A stretch of 58,591 nucleotides of DNA. It comes from a virus (taxonomy: Duplodnaviria > Caudoviricetes). The DNA is taken from the IMG/VR virus record IMGVR_UViG_3300045999_002215, positions 1 to 58,591 of that record; one strand, 5' to 3'. Below the pieces are notes generated by a model. It did not search any database. It was not told the origin of the DNA and saw nothing but the letters and a program-made list of their open reading frames with translations. Below are positions 8,278 to 18,142 of the stretch, one piece after another. Position 1 is the first letter of the stretch. The number at the start of each line of letters is the position of its first letter. The position numbers and the translations under genes are program-made.

Positions 8278-10692
8278 ATGACCGACGTACCTAGCAACCT
8301 GATCCCGACTCGCGTCACGCAGCTTCCCGTCGCCCCGGTGGCCGATGAAAACTCGCTGATGATGATCGTCTACCAGGGCAACAACTACCAGATCCGGGTA
8401 GGTGACCTGTTGAGCGTGGCGGGTGTGCCGACTTCTCGGCAGGTGATTGCGGGCACCGGGCTGACCGGCGGCGGGCAACTGTCGTCAAACGTCACGCTGT
8501 CTATTGCCCCCGGCGGGGTAGGCTCTACTCAACTCGCCTCGTCAGGTGTGACGCCTGGGTCCTACGGCACCTCAACCGACATCCCGGTCTTCACTGTAGA
8601 CGTCACGGGCCGCGTCATGGCCGCCACAACGATCCCGGCTTCGGGTGGTGGGGGTGTGCCGACGAGCCGTCAGGTTATCGCGGGCACCGGCCTGAACGGT
8701 GGCGGCGCTCTCACGGGCAACGTCACACTGAACGCGAATCTTTCCAGCTCTACTCCGCTGTCTGTGAACACGAACGGCTCTGCGGGCTCTTCTACTGACA
8801 TTTCCCGCGCCGACCACACGCACCCCGCCATAGACCTTTCTGACGATGATCAGGTTGACAACATCCTCGGCCTAAGCAACGGCGGCACGGCGCGCAGTCT
8901 GGTGCCGAGCGCGGGCGCAATCATTTGGTCCGGTGCTGACGGTTTGTACGTTGGTCCGGTTGGCTCTTCCGGCCAGGTTCTGGTGTCTGGCGGTTCTAGC
9001 GCCCCAAGCTGGGGTTCAGCCCTCATCGTTAGCGACCAAGCTGCTAATGTTGTTTATGCGGGTCCTGTGAGCGGCACGGCTGCTCCCACGACCTTCCGCC
9101 TGCTAGACAACGCTGACATCCCGGCGGCGCTTTCAAGCAAGGCAATCACCGGCAGCACGATCAACAGCACGCCGATCGGCGGCACGACGCCTGCCAGCGG
9201 CGCGTTCACAACTGTTAACGCCACCGACGTAAACGCCACGACCCTTGACGCTACGAACCTTGAAGTCACGAACCTCAAGGCTAAAGACGGCACCGCTGCC
9301 GGTAGCATCGCCAATACGACGGGTGTCGTCACTCTAGGTTCGTCAGTGCTGACGACGGCGGACATTAATGGCGGCACGATTGACGGCACTACCATCGGTG
9401 GGACGACCCCGGCAGCAGTAACCGGAACCCTTGTCACCGCCACGACCCAGTTCTCTGGCCCCGGAACCGGGCTGACGGGAACAGGGTCTTCCTTTACGGC
9501 GGGTGCGGCGACTACCGCAGTCACTGCGACAAACATTGCTGGCGGCGCTGCGGGCTCTATCCCGTATCAGACCGGGTCTGGCGCCACGTCTCTGCTCGCC
9601 ACCGCGTCTGGGGTTCTCGTGGGTGGCTCTACCCCGAGCTACAGCACGGCTCCGGTTTTGACGGGAACCAACTTCACCGGCATTCCGAACGGCGCTCTCA
9701 GCAACAGCTCGCTAACCATCGGCAGCACTCTGGTGTCGCTTGGGGGAACCGCGACCGCGCTGGCGGGCCTCACTTCGGTCACGCTTACTCAAGACCCTTC
9801 CTCCGCTCTGCAGGCTGCGACTAAGCAGTATGTTGACACGCTCGTAGCGAGCGGTATTCACTTCCACCAGCCGGTTCGTGTAGAGTCGCCGGTCAACTTG
9901 AACGCGACGTATAACAACGGCACTGCCGGGGTTGGGGCCACGCTGACCAATGCGGGTGCGCAAGCCGCTCTCGTCATCGACGGTGTGACTGTCGCCACCA
10001 ACGACCGCGTTCTGGTGTACCAGCAGACCACCCAGACCCAGAACGGCATTTACGTTGTCACCAACACTGGCTCAGGCAGCACCAACTGGGTGCTGACTCG
10101 TTCTAGCGACGCCGACACTTACGTCATCAACAGCGCGAACGGTTTGAGCGAAGGTTCTACGGTCTTCGTACAGCAGGGTACGACGGGTGCGGGTGAGACC
10201 TACACCTGCAACACTTCTGGCGTCATCACGTTCGGTACTACGGCAATCACGTTTGCTCAAATTGCCAACACGCAGATTTACTCTGCCGGAACCGGCCTAA
10301 CGCTGTCAGGCACTCAGTTCTCGTTGACCACTCCGGTTTCCCCGACCAATGGCGGCACGGGTATTAGCGGCTACGCGACCGGCGACTTGATCTTCGCCAA
10401 TACGGCGTCTTCGCTTGACCGAATCCCGATCGGCGTCTCTAGCCGTATTCTAACTTCCAACGGGACTTCGCCAGTCTGGACCGACCCGGCCAGCGTCACT
10501 GTTGGTAACGCAACTGCGGCAACCAGCGCGACAACCGCCACTAACCTTGCGGGCGGTGCCGCCAGCCAGATTCCTTATCAAACGGGTTCGGGTGCTACGG
10601 CTTTCTTGGCTAACGGAACGGCGGGGCAAGTGCTGTTGTCTAACGGTTCAAGCGCGCCCAGCTGGAGTGGTCTGGACGGAGGGACGTTCTGA
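8278..10692 (+). CDS. Long tail fibre-like protein
   Basis: 804 aa, G/T/S/A-rich, internal repeats ('VPTSRQVIAGTGL', 'ATN[IL]AGGAA..IPYQTGSGAT'), 'AATKQYVD' fibre motif. Confidence 0.75.
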   Translation: MTDVPSNLIPTRVTQLPVAPVADENSLMMIVYQGNNYQIRVGDLLSVAGVPTSRQVIAGTGLTGGGQLSSNVTLSIAPGGVGSTQLASSGVTPGSYGTSTDIPVFTVDVTGRVMAATTIPASGGGGVPTSRQVIAGTGLNGGGALTGNVTLNANLSSSTPLSVNTNGSAGSSTDISRADHTHPAIDLSDDDQVDNILGLSNGGTARSLVPSAGAIIWSGADGLYVGPVGSSGQVLVSGGSSAPSWGSALIVSDQAANVVYAGPVSGTAAPTTFRLLDNADIPAALSSKAITGSTINSTPIGGTTPASGAFTTVNATDVNATTLDATNLEVTNLKAKDGTAAGSIANTTGVVTLGSSVLTTADINGGTIDGTTIGGTTPAAVTGTLVTATTQFSGPGTGLTGTGSSFTAGAATTAVTATNIAGGAAGSIPYQTGSGATSLLATASGVLVGGSTPSYSTAPVLTGTNFTGIPNGALSNSSLTIGSTLVSLGGTATALAGLTSVTLTQDPSSALQAATKQYVDTLVASGIHFHQPVRVESPVNLNATYNNGTAGVGATLTNAGAQAALVIDGVTVATNDRVLVYQQTTQTQNGIYVVTNTGSGSTNWVLTRSSDADTYVINSANGLSEGSTVFVQQGTTGAGETYTCNTSGVITFGTTAITFAQIANTQIYSAGTGLTLSGTQFSLTTPVSPTNGGTGISGYATGDLIFANTASSLDRIPIGVSSRILTSNGTSPVWTDPASVTVGNATAATSATTATNLAGGAASQIPYQTGSGATAFLANGTAGQVLLSNGSSAPSWSGLDGGTF

Positions 10693-10703
10693 TGAATAAC
10701 CAG

Positions 10704-10732
10704 TTGCCTTCCGTCCAATTCAAGGGTATAGT
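10704..10732 (+). promoter_or_regulatory. Sigma70-like promoter TTGCCT-N17-TATAGT
   Basis: Intergenic; matches the recurring pattern. Confidence 0.65.
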
Positions 10733-10765
10733 GTTCGTCAATAATCTGAGAAAGAGGTAAGAGCA

Positions 10766-11659
10766 ATGGCGCAGACCGGCTACACCCCGATTCAGCTGTA
10801 CCGCAGTACTACTGCTAGTGCAGTTCCGAGCGCGTCAGACCTGAACCCCGGCGAACTCGCTATCAACATTAATGACGCTGACATGGCGCTTTACGCAGAA
10901 AATGCGTCAGGTGCCGTTAAGCGCATTATGAACAACCCGGCGGGTCTCAAGTATCCGACCGCCGACGGCACCAGCGGTCAGGTCATGACGACTGACGGCG
11001 CGGGTAACGTCACATTCGGCTCGACCACCGCGCAAGCGGACGCTGTCAAAGTCACGACCTCTTCGACCTCAAGTGCGTTCAAGGTTCCGTTTGCGAACAC
11101 TACGGCTTCGACCACGGGTTACTACGGGCTGCTGCAAGATGACGCGGCCACGTTCACCTATAACCCGTCTACGAACACTGTGACCGCCGGGACGTTCGTG
11201 GGCGCGCTGACGGGCAACGCTTCAACGGCGATTAGCGCGAGCACCGCGACCACCCTTACGGGTCTCACGGCCACCATCACTGAGCTGAACTACAGCAGCG
11301 GTGTAACCTCTGCAATCCAGACGCAGCTCAACGCTAAGGTGGATGAGACCTCTTCGACGGGCTCTGCGGCTATTCCTGCGGGTACTCAAGCTCAGCGCGA
11401 TGGCTCTCCCGCTGCAGGTTACTTCCGCTTTAATAGCGACATCGCCAAGTTCGAGGGTTACAACGGCACAAGCTGGGGTAGCGTTGGTGGCGGTGCGACG
11501 GGCGGCGGCTCTGACGAAATCTTCATTGAGAACGGTCAGACGGTCACCACGAACTATTCAATCCCGTCAAGCAAAAACGCTATGTCAACCGGGCCGATCA
11601 CGATCAACTCGGGCGTTACGGTCACTGTCCCCTCTGGCTCTAACTGGGTGGTTTTGTAA
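10766..11659 (+). CDS. Tail fibre-associated protein
   Basis: 'GELAIN..D' N-terminal fibre motif; 'GYFRFN..KFEGYNG..WG' and 'NAMSTGPITI' modules. Confidence 0.7.
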   Translation: MAQTGYTPIQLYRSTTASAVPSASDLNPGELAININDADMALYAENASGAVKRIMNNPAGLKYPTADGTSGQVMTTDGAGNVTFGSTTAQADAVKVTTSSTSSAFKVPFANTTASTTGYYGLLQDDAATFTYNPSTNTVTAGTFVGALTGNASTAISASTATTLTGLTATITELNYSSGVTSAIQTQLNAKVDETSSTGSAAIPAGTQAQRDGSPAAGYFRFNSDIAKFEGYNGTSWGSVGGGATGGGSDEIFIENGQTVTTNYSIPSSKNAMSTGPITINSGVTVTVPSGSNWVVL

Positions 11660-11660
11660 G

Positions 11661-12836
11661 ATGTCGATCACAATTAGCGGAAGCACTGGAGTCGCGGGCA
11701 ACAACGGCAGTGCTGGCACTCCCGCGTATCAGGGCGAGGACACCAACACGGGGGTCTTTTTCCCGGCTGCGGATACCGTGGCTGTGGCCACGGCTGGCAC
11801 TGAGCGGGTCACGGTTACGTCTGTTGGTCGGGTTGGGGTTGGTACGAACAGCCCAAACCAGTTGGTTCATGTGTCTGGCGGTAATATCCGGGTGAGTAGC
11901 GCATCCGAAAACACCATCATTACCAACGGGGGCAATTTCACGACAGGTGCGGTCACGGACTCAGCCATTCTGTACGGCAGCGGGAGCCTTCTGTTTGGCA
12001 ACGGCTCCACCGAACGCATGCGCCTTGATGCGTCTGGCAACTTGGGGATCGGGACGACGACCCCGTCCGCAAAGCTGGAACTCCAAGGCAATAGCACGGT
12101 CGCAAGCATCAAGTATTTAGCGGATGGCGGGTCTGCGCTTCTTTCTTGGAAGAACTCCTCCGGCACAACACTTTGGTCGATTGGCGGCGGTATTGCGGCA
12201 GCTCAAGATGAGCTGGCCTTCGTCCGTCAAAGCACTCCGGTTGCTAGGTTCGACTCTAGCGGAAATTTTTTGGTGAATGCGACCAGTAATACCGAAAACG
12301 CGAAGATGTTCGTTCGCTTTAGCGGTGACGGCGTTAACGGCATGGCTCTAAGCAACACCGCGTCTTCTGGCGCACCGACCTTTTTTGCGTTTAATGATAC
12401 CGCGCAAGCCCTGAACAACACGCAGGTTGTCGCTAGATATACAGACACTAGCGCAACGCGCTGGGAGCTACGTAAAAACGGCGGTCTTGCTAACTATAGC
12501 GCCAATAACGTCAACCTGTCAGACGAGCGGGTAAAGACCGATGTTACCCCGCTGGGTTCCTACTGGGACAAGATCAAAGCGCTGCAAGTCGTCACCTACA
12601 AATATCTCGACCAGAGCCATGGTGACGATAACATCGGCGTGATTGCCCAGCAGGTCGAAAGCGTAGCACCTGAACTCGTCAGCAATGACGGCTTCGGTGA
12701 AACCCCGGTAGATGGTGTGCCGCTCAAGTCGATTTACGAGGCCGACCTGCACTATGCCGCCCTCAAGGCGCTGCAAGAGGCTATGGCCCGCATTGAAGAA
12801 CTCACCGCCCGCGTAGCAACCTTGGAGGCCAAATAA
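11661..12836 (+). CDS. Tail fibre 1 with C-terminal intramolecular chaperone (peptidase S74-like)
   Basis: 'ERMRLDASGNLGIGT' repeats; 'SDERVK...IGVIAQQV...LKALQE'. ATG 11661 is the more likely start than 11343. Confidence 0.85.
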   Translation: MSITISGSTGVAGNNGSAGTPAYQGEDTNTGVFFPAADTVAVATAGTERVTVTSVGRVGVGTNSPNQLVHVSGGNIRVSSASENTIITNGGNFTTGAVTDSAILYGSGSLLFGNGSTERMRLDASGNLGIGTTTPSAKLELQGNSTVASIKYLADGGSALLSWKNSSGTTLWSIGGGIAAAQDELAFVRQSTPVARFDSSGNFLVNATSNTENAKMFVRFSGDGVNGMALSNTASSGAPTFFAFNDTAQALNNTQVVARYTDTSATRWELRKNGGLANYSANNVNLSDERVKTDVTPLGSYWDKIKALQVVTYKYLDQSHGDDNIGVIAQQVESVAPELVSNDGFGETPVDGVPLKSIYEADLHYAALKALQEAMARIEELTARVATLEAK

Positions 12837-13915
12837 TGTCGCTCATCAGACTGCAAGGCAACGCCTCTGGCACTGGTGCGTTTACCATCGCTGCCCCCAA
12901 CGGCAACACGGACAGGACGCTTACGCTGCCGGATGCTACGGGGACGGTGAACGTCTCTGGCTTAGCTAACGAGGTTCCTGCGGGTAGCGCGGGCGCTCCG
13001 GCCATCTATCCGACAGGCGACAGCAACACGGGCATCTTCTTCCCTGCGGCTGATACCATCGCCTTCTCTGAGGGTGGCGTCGAGAGCATGCGGATCGATT
13101 CTGCAGGCAACGTGGGGATTGGGACGACAAGTCCGAGCAACAGGCTGCATGTTCAGAACGAAATCACGACTGCCTACAGCTCAGCTAACACGCTAGCCGC
13201 CGCCCCTCTCGCGTATTTCTACAACACGAACGGCTCAGTTGGTGGCGCTGGAACGATCCGTATTGATGGCGGCACATCCGGTGGGAACGGTGCGGTTACG
13301 ATTTCCGCTCTTCAAACGGCAAGCGGCTCTTCTGCGTTAACCTTCGGGACACGCAGCGGAGGCTCCGATGTCGCAGAACGCGCCCGCATCGACTCCAGCG
13401 GGGTGCTAACTGTAGGGCAAACTAGCAGTATAAACGTGTTCAGCGGCTCGGCAGATGGTTGTTCTATTGAAGGCGATGGTGCTATTTCACTGTCGCGAAA
13501 CCAGAACGCTTCTCTCTATATTAGACGTAGAGGCAACAACGGGGCTGTGGCTGCATTTCTTCGGGACACCACTCAAGTTGGTCGAATTGATGTAACCACC
13601 ACCGCCACGGCCTACGTCACATCCTCCGACTACCGCCTGAAAGAGAACGTCGCGCCGATGCAAAACGCATTGGACACTGTGGCGCAGCTTAACCCTGTGA
13701 CCTACACTTGGAAGGCTGACGGATCGGCGGGCCAAGGCTTCATCGCCCACGAACTGCAAGCTGTTGTCCCCGACTGCGTGACGGGTGAGAAAGACGCTGT
13801 GGATGAGACGGGCAACCCGCAGTATCAGGGTGTCGATACCAGCTTCTTGGTGGCAACGCTCGTCAAAGCCATTCAGGAACTCACCGCCCGCGTAGCAGAG
13901 TTGGAGGCCAACTAA
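12836..13915 (+). CDS. Tail fibre 2 with S74-like chaperone domain
   Basis: 'SSDYRLKEN...GFIAHELQ...LVKAIQEL'. Confidence 0.85.
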   Translation: MSLIRLQGNASGTGAFTIAAPNGNTDRTLTLPDATGTVNVSGLANEVPAGSAGAPAIYPTGDSNTGIFFPAADTIAFSEGGVESMRIDSAGNVGIGTTSPSNRLHVQNEITTAYSSANTLAAAPLAYFYNTNGSVGGAGTIRIDGGTSGGNGAVTISALQTASGSSALTFGTRSGGSDVAERARIDSSGVLTVGQTSSINVFSGSADGCSIEGDGAISLSRNQNASLYIRRRGNNGAVAAFLRDTTQVGRIDVTTTATAYVTSSDYRLKENVAPMQNALDTVAQLNPVTYTWKADGSAGQGFIAHELQAVVPDCVTGEKDAVDETGNPQYQGVDTSFLVATLVKAIQELTARVAELEAN

Positions 13916-15060
13916 TGTCCACGATCCAGACCAACACCATCACTGATGCCGCTGGAACGGGTGCGCCTGACTTCCCGAACGGGATCAATGCTGCGACCGC
14001 TCTGATCTCAAGGGTCAATGATACCGAACGCATGCGGATCGACTCCTCGGGCAACGTGGGGATTGGGACGACCAGCCCTACCGCAGACCTCTCCGTGGGT
14101 TCGGCCACGACTTCCTCTGGTGATGTGCATTTGCGGACAACCAAGACGACGTTTGAGTTGACCCCAAGCAACTCTGATGCTGGTGGCATGGACATAAACG
14201 TCGGGTTTGTCGCTGGAGGCCAAGGTCCGCTCAAGTTCAGCACGGGCAACACAGAACGCGTCCGCATTTCTTCTGTAGGATTTTTGGGTATCGGGACCAG
14301 TAACCCCGCAGTGGCCGTTCACGTTAGCGGGGGGACAACGGGCGCTGCTACTATTCGCACGCAAGCCTCCTCTGGGGGCGCTGGTCAGTTCCAAGCACAA
14401 ACCGACGGCTCTATCTTTACCATGCAAGCCGTAAGCGGCGGCGGTTTGAGATTTGTCCAAGAAGACGTTGCAGAACGCGCCCGCATCGACTCCAGCGGAA
14501 ACCTGTTGGTGGGAACGACGACGGGCAGCGACAAGCTACTCGTAAGAGGTGCCAGTGCAAGGCTTACGTCTGACGGGTTGACCAGCAATGCCACTCTCAC
14601 AGTGCAGGCCCACAACGGGGCTGGATACGATGCACAGCTCTATTTAGAATGCCCCGGTTCATTTGGCGGAGGTATGTTTGCGGCCCGAAGTGTTTCTCAG
14701 ATTAGGGTGTGGTGCGGCAATCAGGCTGCGGGCGTAAGTTTGGCAAACAGCGCAGCATCTTGGGGTTCCTACTCCGACGAGCGCATTAAAGACATCATCG
14801 AGCCGATTACTGACGCAGCCAATAAGGTGTCAAGCCTTCGGGCTGTTATCGGCAAATACAAGTCTGATGCTCCTGAAAAGAGACGCTCTTTCCTGATCGC
14901 TCAGGACGTTCAGGCGGTTCTTCCAGAGGCGGTGTATCAGAACAGCGAGGAAGACGATACTCTGAGCCTCGCATACACGGATGTGATCCCGCTGCTCGTC
15001 GCCGCCATTCAGGAACTCAAAGCAGAGGTTGACAGCCTCCGCGCACAACTTAACCCCTAA
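13915..15060 (+). CDS. Tail fibre 3 with S74-like chaperone domain
   Basis: 'SDERIKD...FLIAQDVQ...LVAAIQEL'. Confidence 0.85.
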   Translation: MSTIQTNTITDAAGTGAPDFPNGINAATALISRVNDTERMRIDSSGNVGIGTTSPTADLSVGSATTSSGDVHLRTTKTTFELTPSNSDAGGMDINVGFVAGGQGPLKFSTGNTERVRISSVGFLGIGTSNPAVAVHVSGGTTGAATIRTQASSGGAGQFQAQTDGSIFTMQAVSGGGLRFVQEDVAERARIDSSGNLLVGTTTGSDKLLVRGASARLTSDGLTSNATLTVQAHNGAGYDAQLYLECPGSFGGGMFAARSVSQIRVWCGNQAAGVSLANSAASWGSYSDERIKDIIEPITDAANKVSSLRAVIGKYKSDAPEKRRSFLIAQDVQAVLPEAVYQNSEEDDTLSLAYTDVIPLLVAAIQELKAEVDSLRAQLNP

Positions 15061-15077
15061 CCAGAAGGAGGATCACG

Positions 15078-15296
15078 ATGGCCGAGAAAAAACCAGTAAC
15101 CATCACGATCAACGATCAGGACTACACCGAGGACCAACTGACCGACGAGCAGAAGGTTCTCATCAACCATGTGGCAGACTTGGACCGCAAGATCGGTTCG
15201 ACGCGCTTCAACCTCGACCAGCTTCAAGTGGGCCGTGATGCCTTCATGAACATGCTGACCGCCTCGCTAAAGGTTCAAGATGCCCCCGCTGGATAA
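15078..15296 (+). CDS. Small coiled-coil protein after the fibres (possible chaperone)
   Basis: AGGAGG RBS, 72 aa. Confidence 0.65.
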   Translation: MAEKKPVTITINDQDYTEDQLTDEQKVLINHVADLDRKIGSTRFNLDQLQVGRDAFMNMLTASLKVQDAPAG

Positions 15297-15504
15297 ACAG
15301 GCACACTTCTGGGCAGGCATGGCTATCGCCTCGACGCTGGTGGTCTACGACACCGCAGCTTGGGCGGCTTTTGTTTTTGTCGCGATGATCGGCGCGGGCA
15401 AAGAAGTCTGGGATAAAGTGAGCGGCGCTGGCACAATGGACTTCTGGGACTTTGCGGCCACGGCGGCTGGCGCCGCTGTCGTTCTTCCGCGTGAGGTGAT
15501 CTGA
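15280..15504 (+). CDS. Small membrane protein ('DK..HF..G ... KE.WD' family)
   Basis: Hydrophobic helices with conserved-looking DKQAHF and GKEVWD motifs. Confidence 0.6.
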   Translation: MPPLDKQAHFWAGMAIASTLVVYDTAAWAAFVFVAMIGAGKEVWDKVSGAGTMDFWDFAATAAGAAVVLPREVI

Positions 15505-15734
15505 TGACCACGGAGATGATTATAAACTTCGGCCTGACCGCCATCCTCGGCATCTTCGGCTGGATACTCAAGAGTCACATGGACGAGGTAAAGCGGCTGC
15601 AAATCCTGCTCAACAGGACGCGCGAGGACTACGCTACGAAAGCTGACCTGCACTCTGACATCAACCGGGTATTGGCGCGGCTCGACCTCTTGGAGAAGAA
15701 GATCGACAGGCTGATTGAGAAGGGCGTCAAATGA
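15504..15734 (+). CDS. Holin-like protein (one TM plus coiled coil)
   Basis: N-terminal TM 'IINFGLTAILGIFGWIL'; opens the lysis cassette. Confidence 0.5.
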   Translation: MTTEMIINFGLTAILGIFGWILKSHMDEVKRLQILLNRTREDYATKADLHSDINRVLARLDLLEKKIDRLIEKGVK

Positions 15735-15946
15735 GGCTTGCCCTCCTTATCTTGGTTGCGGGCTGCGGCCCGGTCACCGTCTCCTCGGTGGCTTATACCA
15801 CCGCCTGCCCGAAAGGGGACGCGCAATGCGAAATTCGTCAGAACGCAGAAACCTTATATTACATGAGTCAAGAGGACGCGGCCAACGCGCTTCTCTGCTC
15901 TGGCGACACGCGGGACGTTATGGGTGCGCTGTGCTCTGTCTACTGA
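15731..15946 (+). CDS. Small lipoprotein
   Basis: Lipobox 'LLILVAG-C' plus four further Cys. Confidence 0.65.
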   Translation: MRLALLILVAGCGPVTVSSVAYTTACPKGDAQCEIRQNAETLYYMSQEDAANALLCSGDTRDVMGALCSVY

Positions 15947-16602
15947 CCGCAACCGCCAACGCCCAGGTAACAGGTGACCTGAACACCAACTCTGGCAACA
16001 CAAACTCTACTATTGGGTCAAACAACAACGACAGCACCACGAACTACAACGGTTCTGGGTCTGCGCCGTTCTCTACCCCAGTGCCGACAGCCGCAGCACC
16101 TACGGTCATGGGGGGTGGTGGCAACGACAGCTGCTTGATCCCGGTGCAACAGGCTTTTCAGATCAGCATCTTTGGTCGTGCCGAGGGGAGAATGGAGCAA
16201 GATCCCGAGTGCAACCGGCGCAAAGACGCCCGCCTGCTCGGCACCCCGCAAGAGGCTGGCGGTCTCGGCCTGCAAGTTTCTGGCATCTCGGTCATGTGCG
16301 ACAGCGCCGCGATCTTCAAAGCCATGGCGCTGGCCAGCACGCCCTGCCCAATCTACTCAATTGAGACGGGCAAGCTGTTGGTGGGGCGTGAAGGGTACTT
16401 GGCTATGCGCGGCAACCCTCACGCCTACGTAGTCGGGTACACTGATGATCAGCCCTTCTGGGACACATTCCTGATGATGGGAGAGGAGCTTCCTGATGTC
16501 CTACCTCAAGAAAACACTGGCCCTACTCTGTCTGAGCGCTTCCGCCGCTCACGCAGAACCAACGATGACGAACCTGCAGGGGTCGGCGCAGGCAATCCTT
16601 GA
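15826..16602 (+). CDS. Exported Cys-containing protein (start uncertain)
   Basis: Signal-peptide-like 'AVLCLLTATANA-Q', N/S/T-rich linker, 'SCL', 'ECNRRKDARLL', 'MC', 'TPCP'. Confidence 0.6.
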   Translation: MRNSSERRNLILHESRGRGQRASLLWRHAGRYGCAVLCLLTATANAQVTGDLNTNSGNTNSTIGSNNNDSTTNYNGSGSAPFSTPVPTAAAPTVMGGGGNDSCLIPVQQAFQISIFGRAEGRMEQDPECNRRKDARLLGTPQEAGGLGLQVSGISVMCDSAAIFKAMALASTPCPIYSIETGKLLVGREGYLAMRGNPHAYVVGYTDDQPFWDTFLMMGEELPDVLPQENTGPTLSERFRRSRRTNDDEPAGVGAGNP

Positions 16603-17245
16603 CCAGCTTACCGCCTCGCAAAGCCTGACGGCTGGTGCGATCTACAGCGCCAGCAACGGCGACATCCTCGCACCGGGTGTCATGCAGGATGCCGCTGTTA
16701 CCGAACAGATGCGCCTCGACTACAACTCCGATGTACAGGGGGTGATCGACGCGACGTACTATAACGCTGAGATTTTGTTTCAGGATCAGCACGAAGCAGC
16801 GATGGTCAATCTCTCTTCGGCTGTCGATAACCTCGTTGCCGCAACTGCGATTTTGATGGAGGTTCAGGCGGTGGCGAATATGGTCGCTAACGCCGACACC
16901 GTGACAGAGCAGATGGCCTTACAGACAATCTTGACCAACAGTGACATGACCATCTCCGCCGCCGATGTGAGCAACTACAACTCGGCTCTGGGCGCGGTGC
17001 AGGCTTACGCCCGCGATGCCGGTGCGTTCCTCGCTGCGTCTCGCAACGCGACCATGACCGGGACGGTGGACGCTTACGCTGCGAACAGCGGCACCAGCCT
17101 GTACGGCACCACGGTGACCTACTCGGCAACGGCTGACATTATGAACATCTCCGGCGCTGACGCCTTCGGCATCGGCTTGCAGGGCCTGCTACAGGCCAAC
17201 ATTGTTTCGGTCGAGGATGTCTACGCTGCGGGCTACGGTTCGTGA
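16496..17245 (+). CDS. Exported helical protein
   Basis: Signal peptide 'MSYLKKTLALLCLSASAAHA'; GAGGAG RBS. Confidence 0.7.
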   Translation: MSYLKKTLALLCLSASAAHAEPTMTNLQGSAQAILDQLTASQSLTAGAIYSASNGDILAPGVMQDAAVTEQMRLDYNSDVQGVIDATYYNAEILFQDQHEAAMVNLSSAVDNLVAATAILMEVQAVANMVANADTVTEQMALQTILTNSDMTISAADVSNYNSALGAVQAYARDAGAFLAASRNATMTGTVDAYAANSGTSLYGTTVTYSATADIMNISGADAFGIGLQGLLQANIVSVEDVYAAGYGS

Positions 17246-17673
17246 GCGAGGAAGCTGAAACCAACGGCCTGCGGATTGCTGGCTTTGACGTAAAGGGCTG
17301 GTGGCTTGCCGCCGCCCTGCCCGTACTGTCTGGTATCAGCGGCACGGTGTACGTCGGCTATGATACGGTCAACCGTTTCTGGGCTGTTGAAGAAAGTGTC
17401 GAGGGCGTGCTGGGTGTTGAGAGCCGGGTGCAAACTCTGGAGCAAGCGATACAGGACAATGACGTGCGCGGGCTTGCGCCCAAGCTGTCGGCTATCAGCA
17501 CCCAGATGGCGAGCATATTGGAACAGCAGAAAGAACTGATGGATCTTCGGTCGATGGTTGAGAAATCGGACAGCGTCAGCAGCGGCCTCGCTGGCAAGCT
17601 GGAGAAATACGACGCCGAGATCGAAGACCTCTGGAAAGCGATGGACGACCTGATAAGGAACCCGATGCAATGA
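17242..17673 (+). CDS. Membrane-anchored coiled-coil protein (i-spanin-like topology)
   Basis: One N-proximal TM followed by a long heptad region. Confidence 0.5.
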   Translation: MSEEAETNGLRIAGFDVKGWWLAAALPVLSGISGTVYVGYDTVNRFWAVEESVEGVLGVESRVQTLEQAIQDNDVRGLAPKLSAISTQMASILEQQKELMDLRSMVEKSDSVSSGLAGKLEKYDAEIEDLWKAMDDLIRNPMQ

Positions 17674-17861
17674 TGAAGATGGAAGCCTTAGTCTGGCTGG
17701 CGTTTTTGGCTACCGTCGCCGCGATCTTCTGGGTCAGCGGCGATGGTTTCTATCGCTACCCCTGCCAAGACCCTGAGAACTGGGCTGCGCTTGAATGCAC
17801 GCCCCCGATTTGCCTGCGTACTGGCATGTGCGCCACTGACCTGACAGGAGCCTCGCAATGA
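17670..17861 (+). CDS. Small membrane-anchored Cys-rich protein
   Basis: TM followed by 'YRYPCQDPENW...CTPPIC...C'. Confidence 0.65.
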   Translation: MMKMEALVWLAFLATVAAIFWVSGDGFYRYPCQDPENWAALECTPPICLRTGMCATDLTGASQ

Positions 17862-18142
17862 GCAAGAACGATCCAGAAATGATGGAAGCCAAGCTGCGGT
17901 ACTTCATCGGCTGCGCCTTGGTAGTGATCTTGGCCGGGACCATCTTCACTATCCTCTACAGCCTCGTCTTCGTGACCCAGCCTCTCGGCGAGTCGAGCGA
18001 AAACGACCGCAAGTTCTTCGAACTGCTGACGCCCATCGCCTCGTTCATCGTCGGCGCTCTCGGCGGCGTGATGGCGGCGGGCAACAACCGCAACAAGGGC
18101 GGCAATGATGAGCCTCCCGCCCCACAGGAGTACACCGAATGA
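17858..18142 (+). CDS. Two-TM membrane protein (holin candidate)
   Basis: Two hydrophobic helices and a charged C-terminus, upstream of the endolysin. Confidence 0.55.
   Translation: MSKNDPEMMEAKLRYFIGCALVVILAGTIFTILYSLVFVTQPLGESSENDRKFFELLTPIASFIVGALGGVMAAGNNRNKGGNDEPPAPQEYTE

Noticed and set aside
11661-15060. Diversity-generating retroelement or invertible fibre switch
   Set aside because: No reverse transcriptase, no template/variable pair with A-specific mismatches and no recombinase were seen. The repeats are direct and short.
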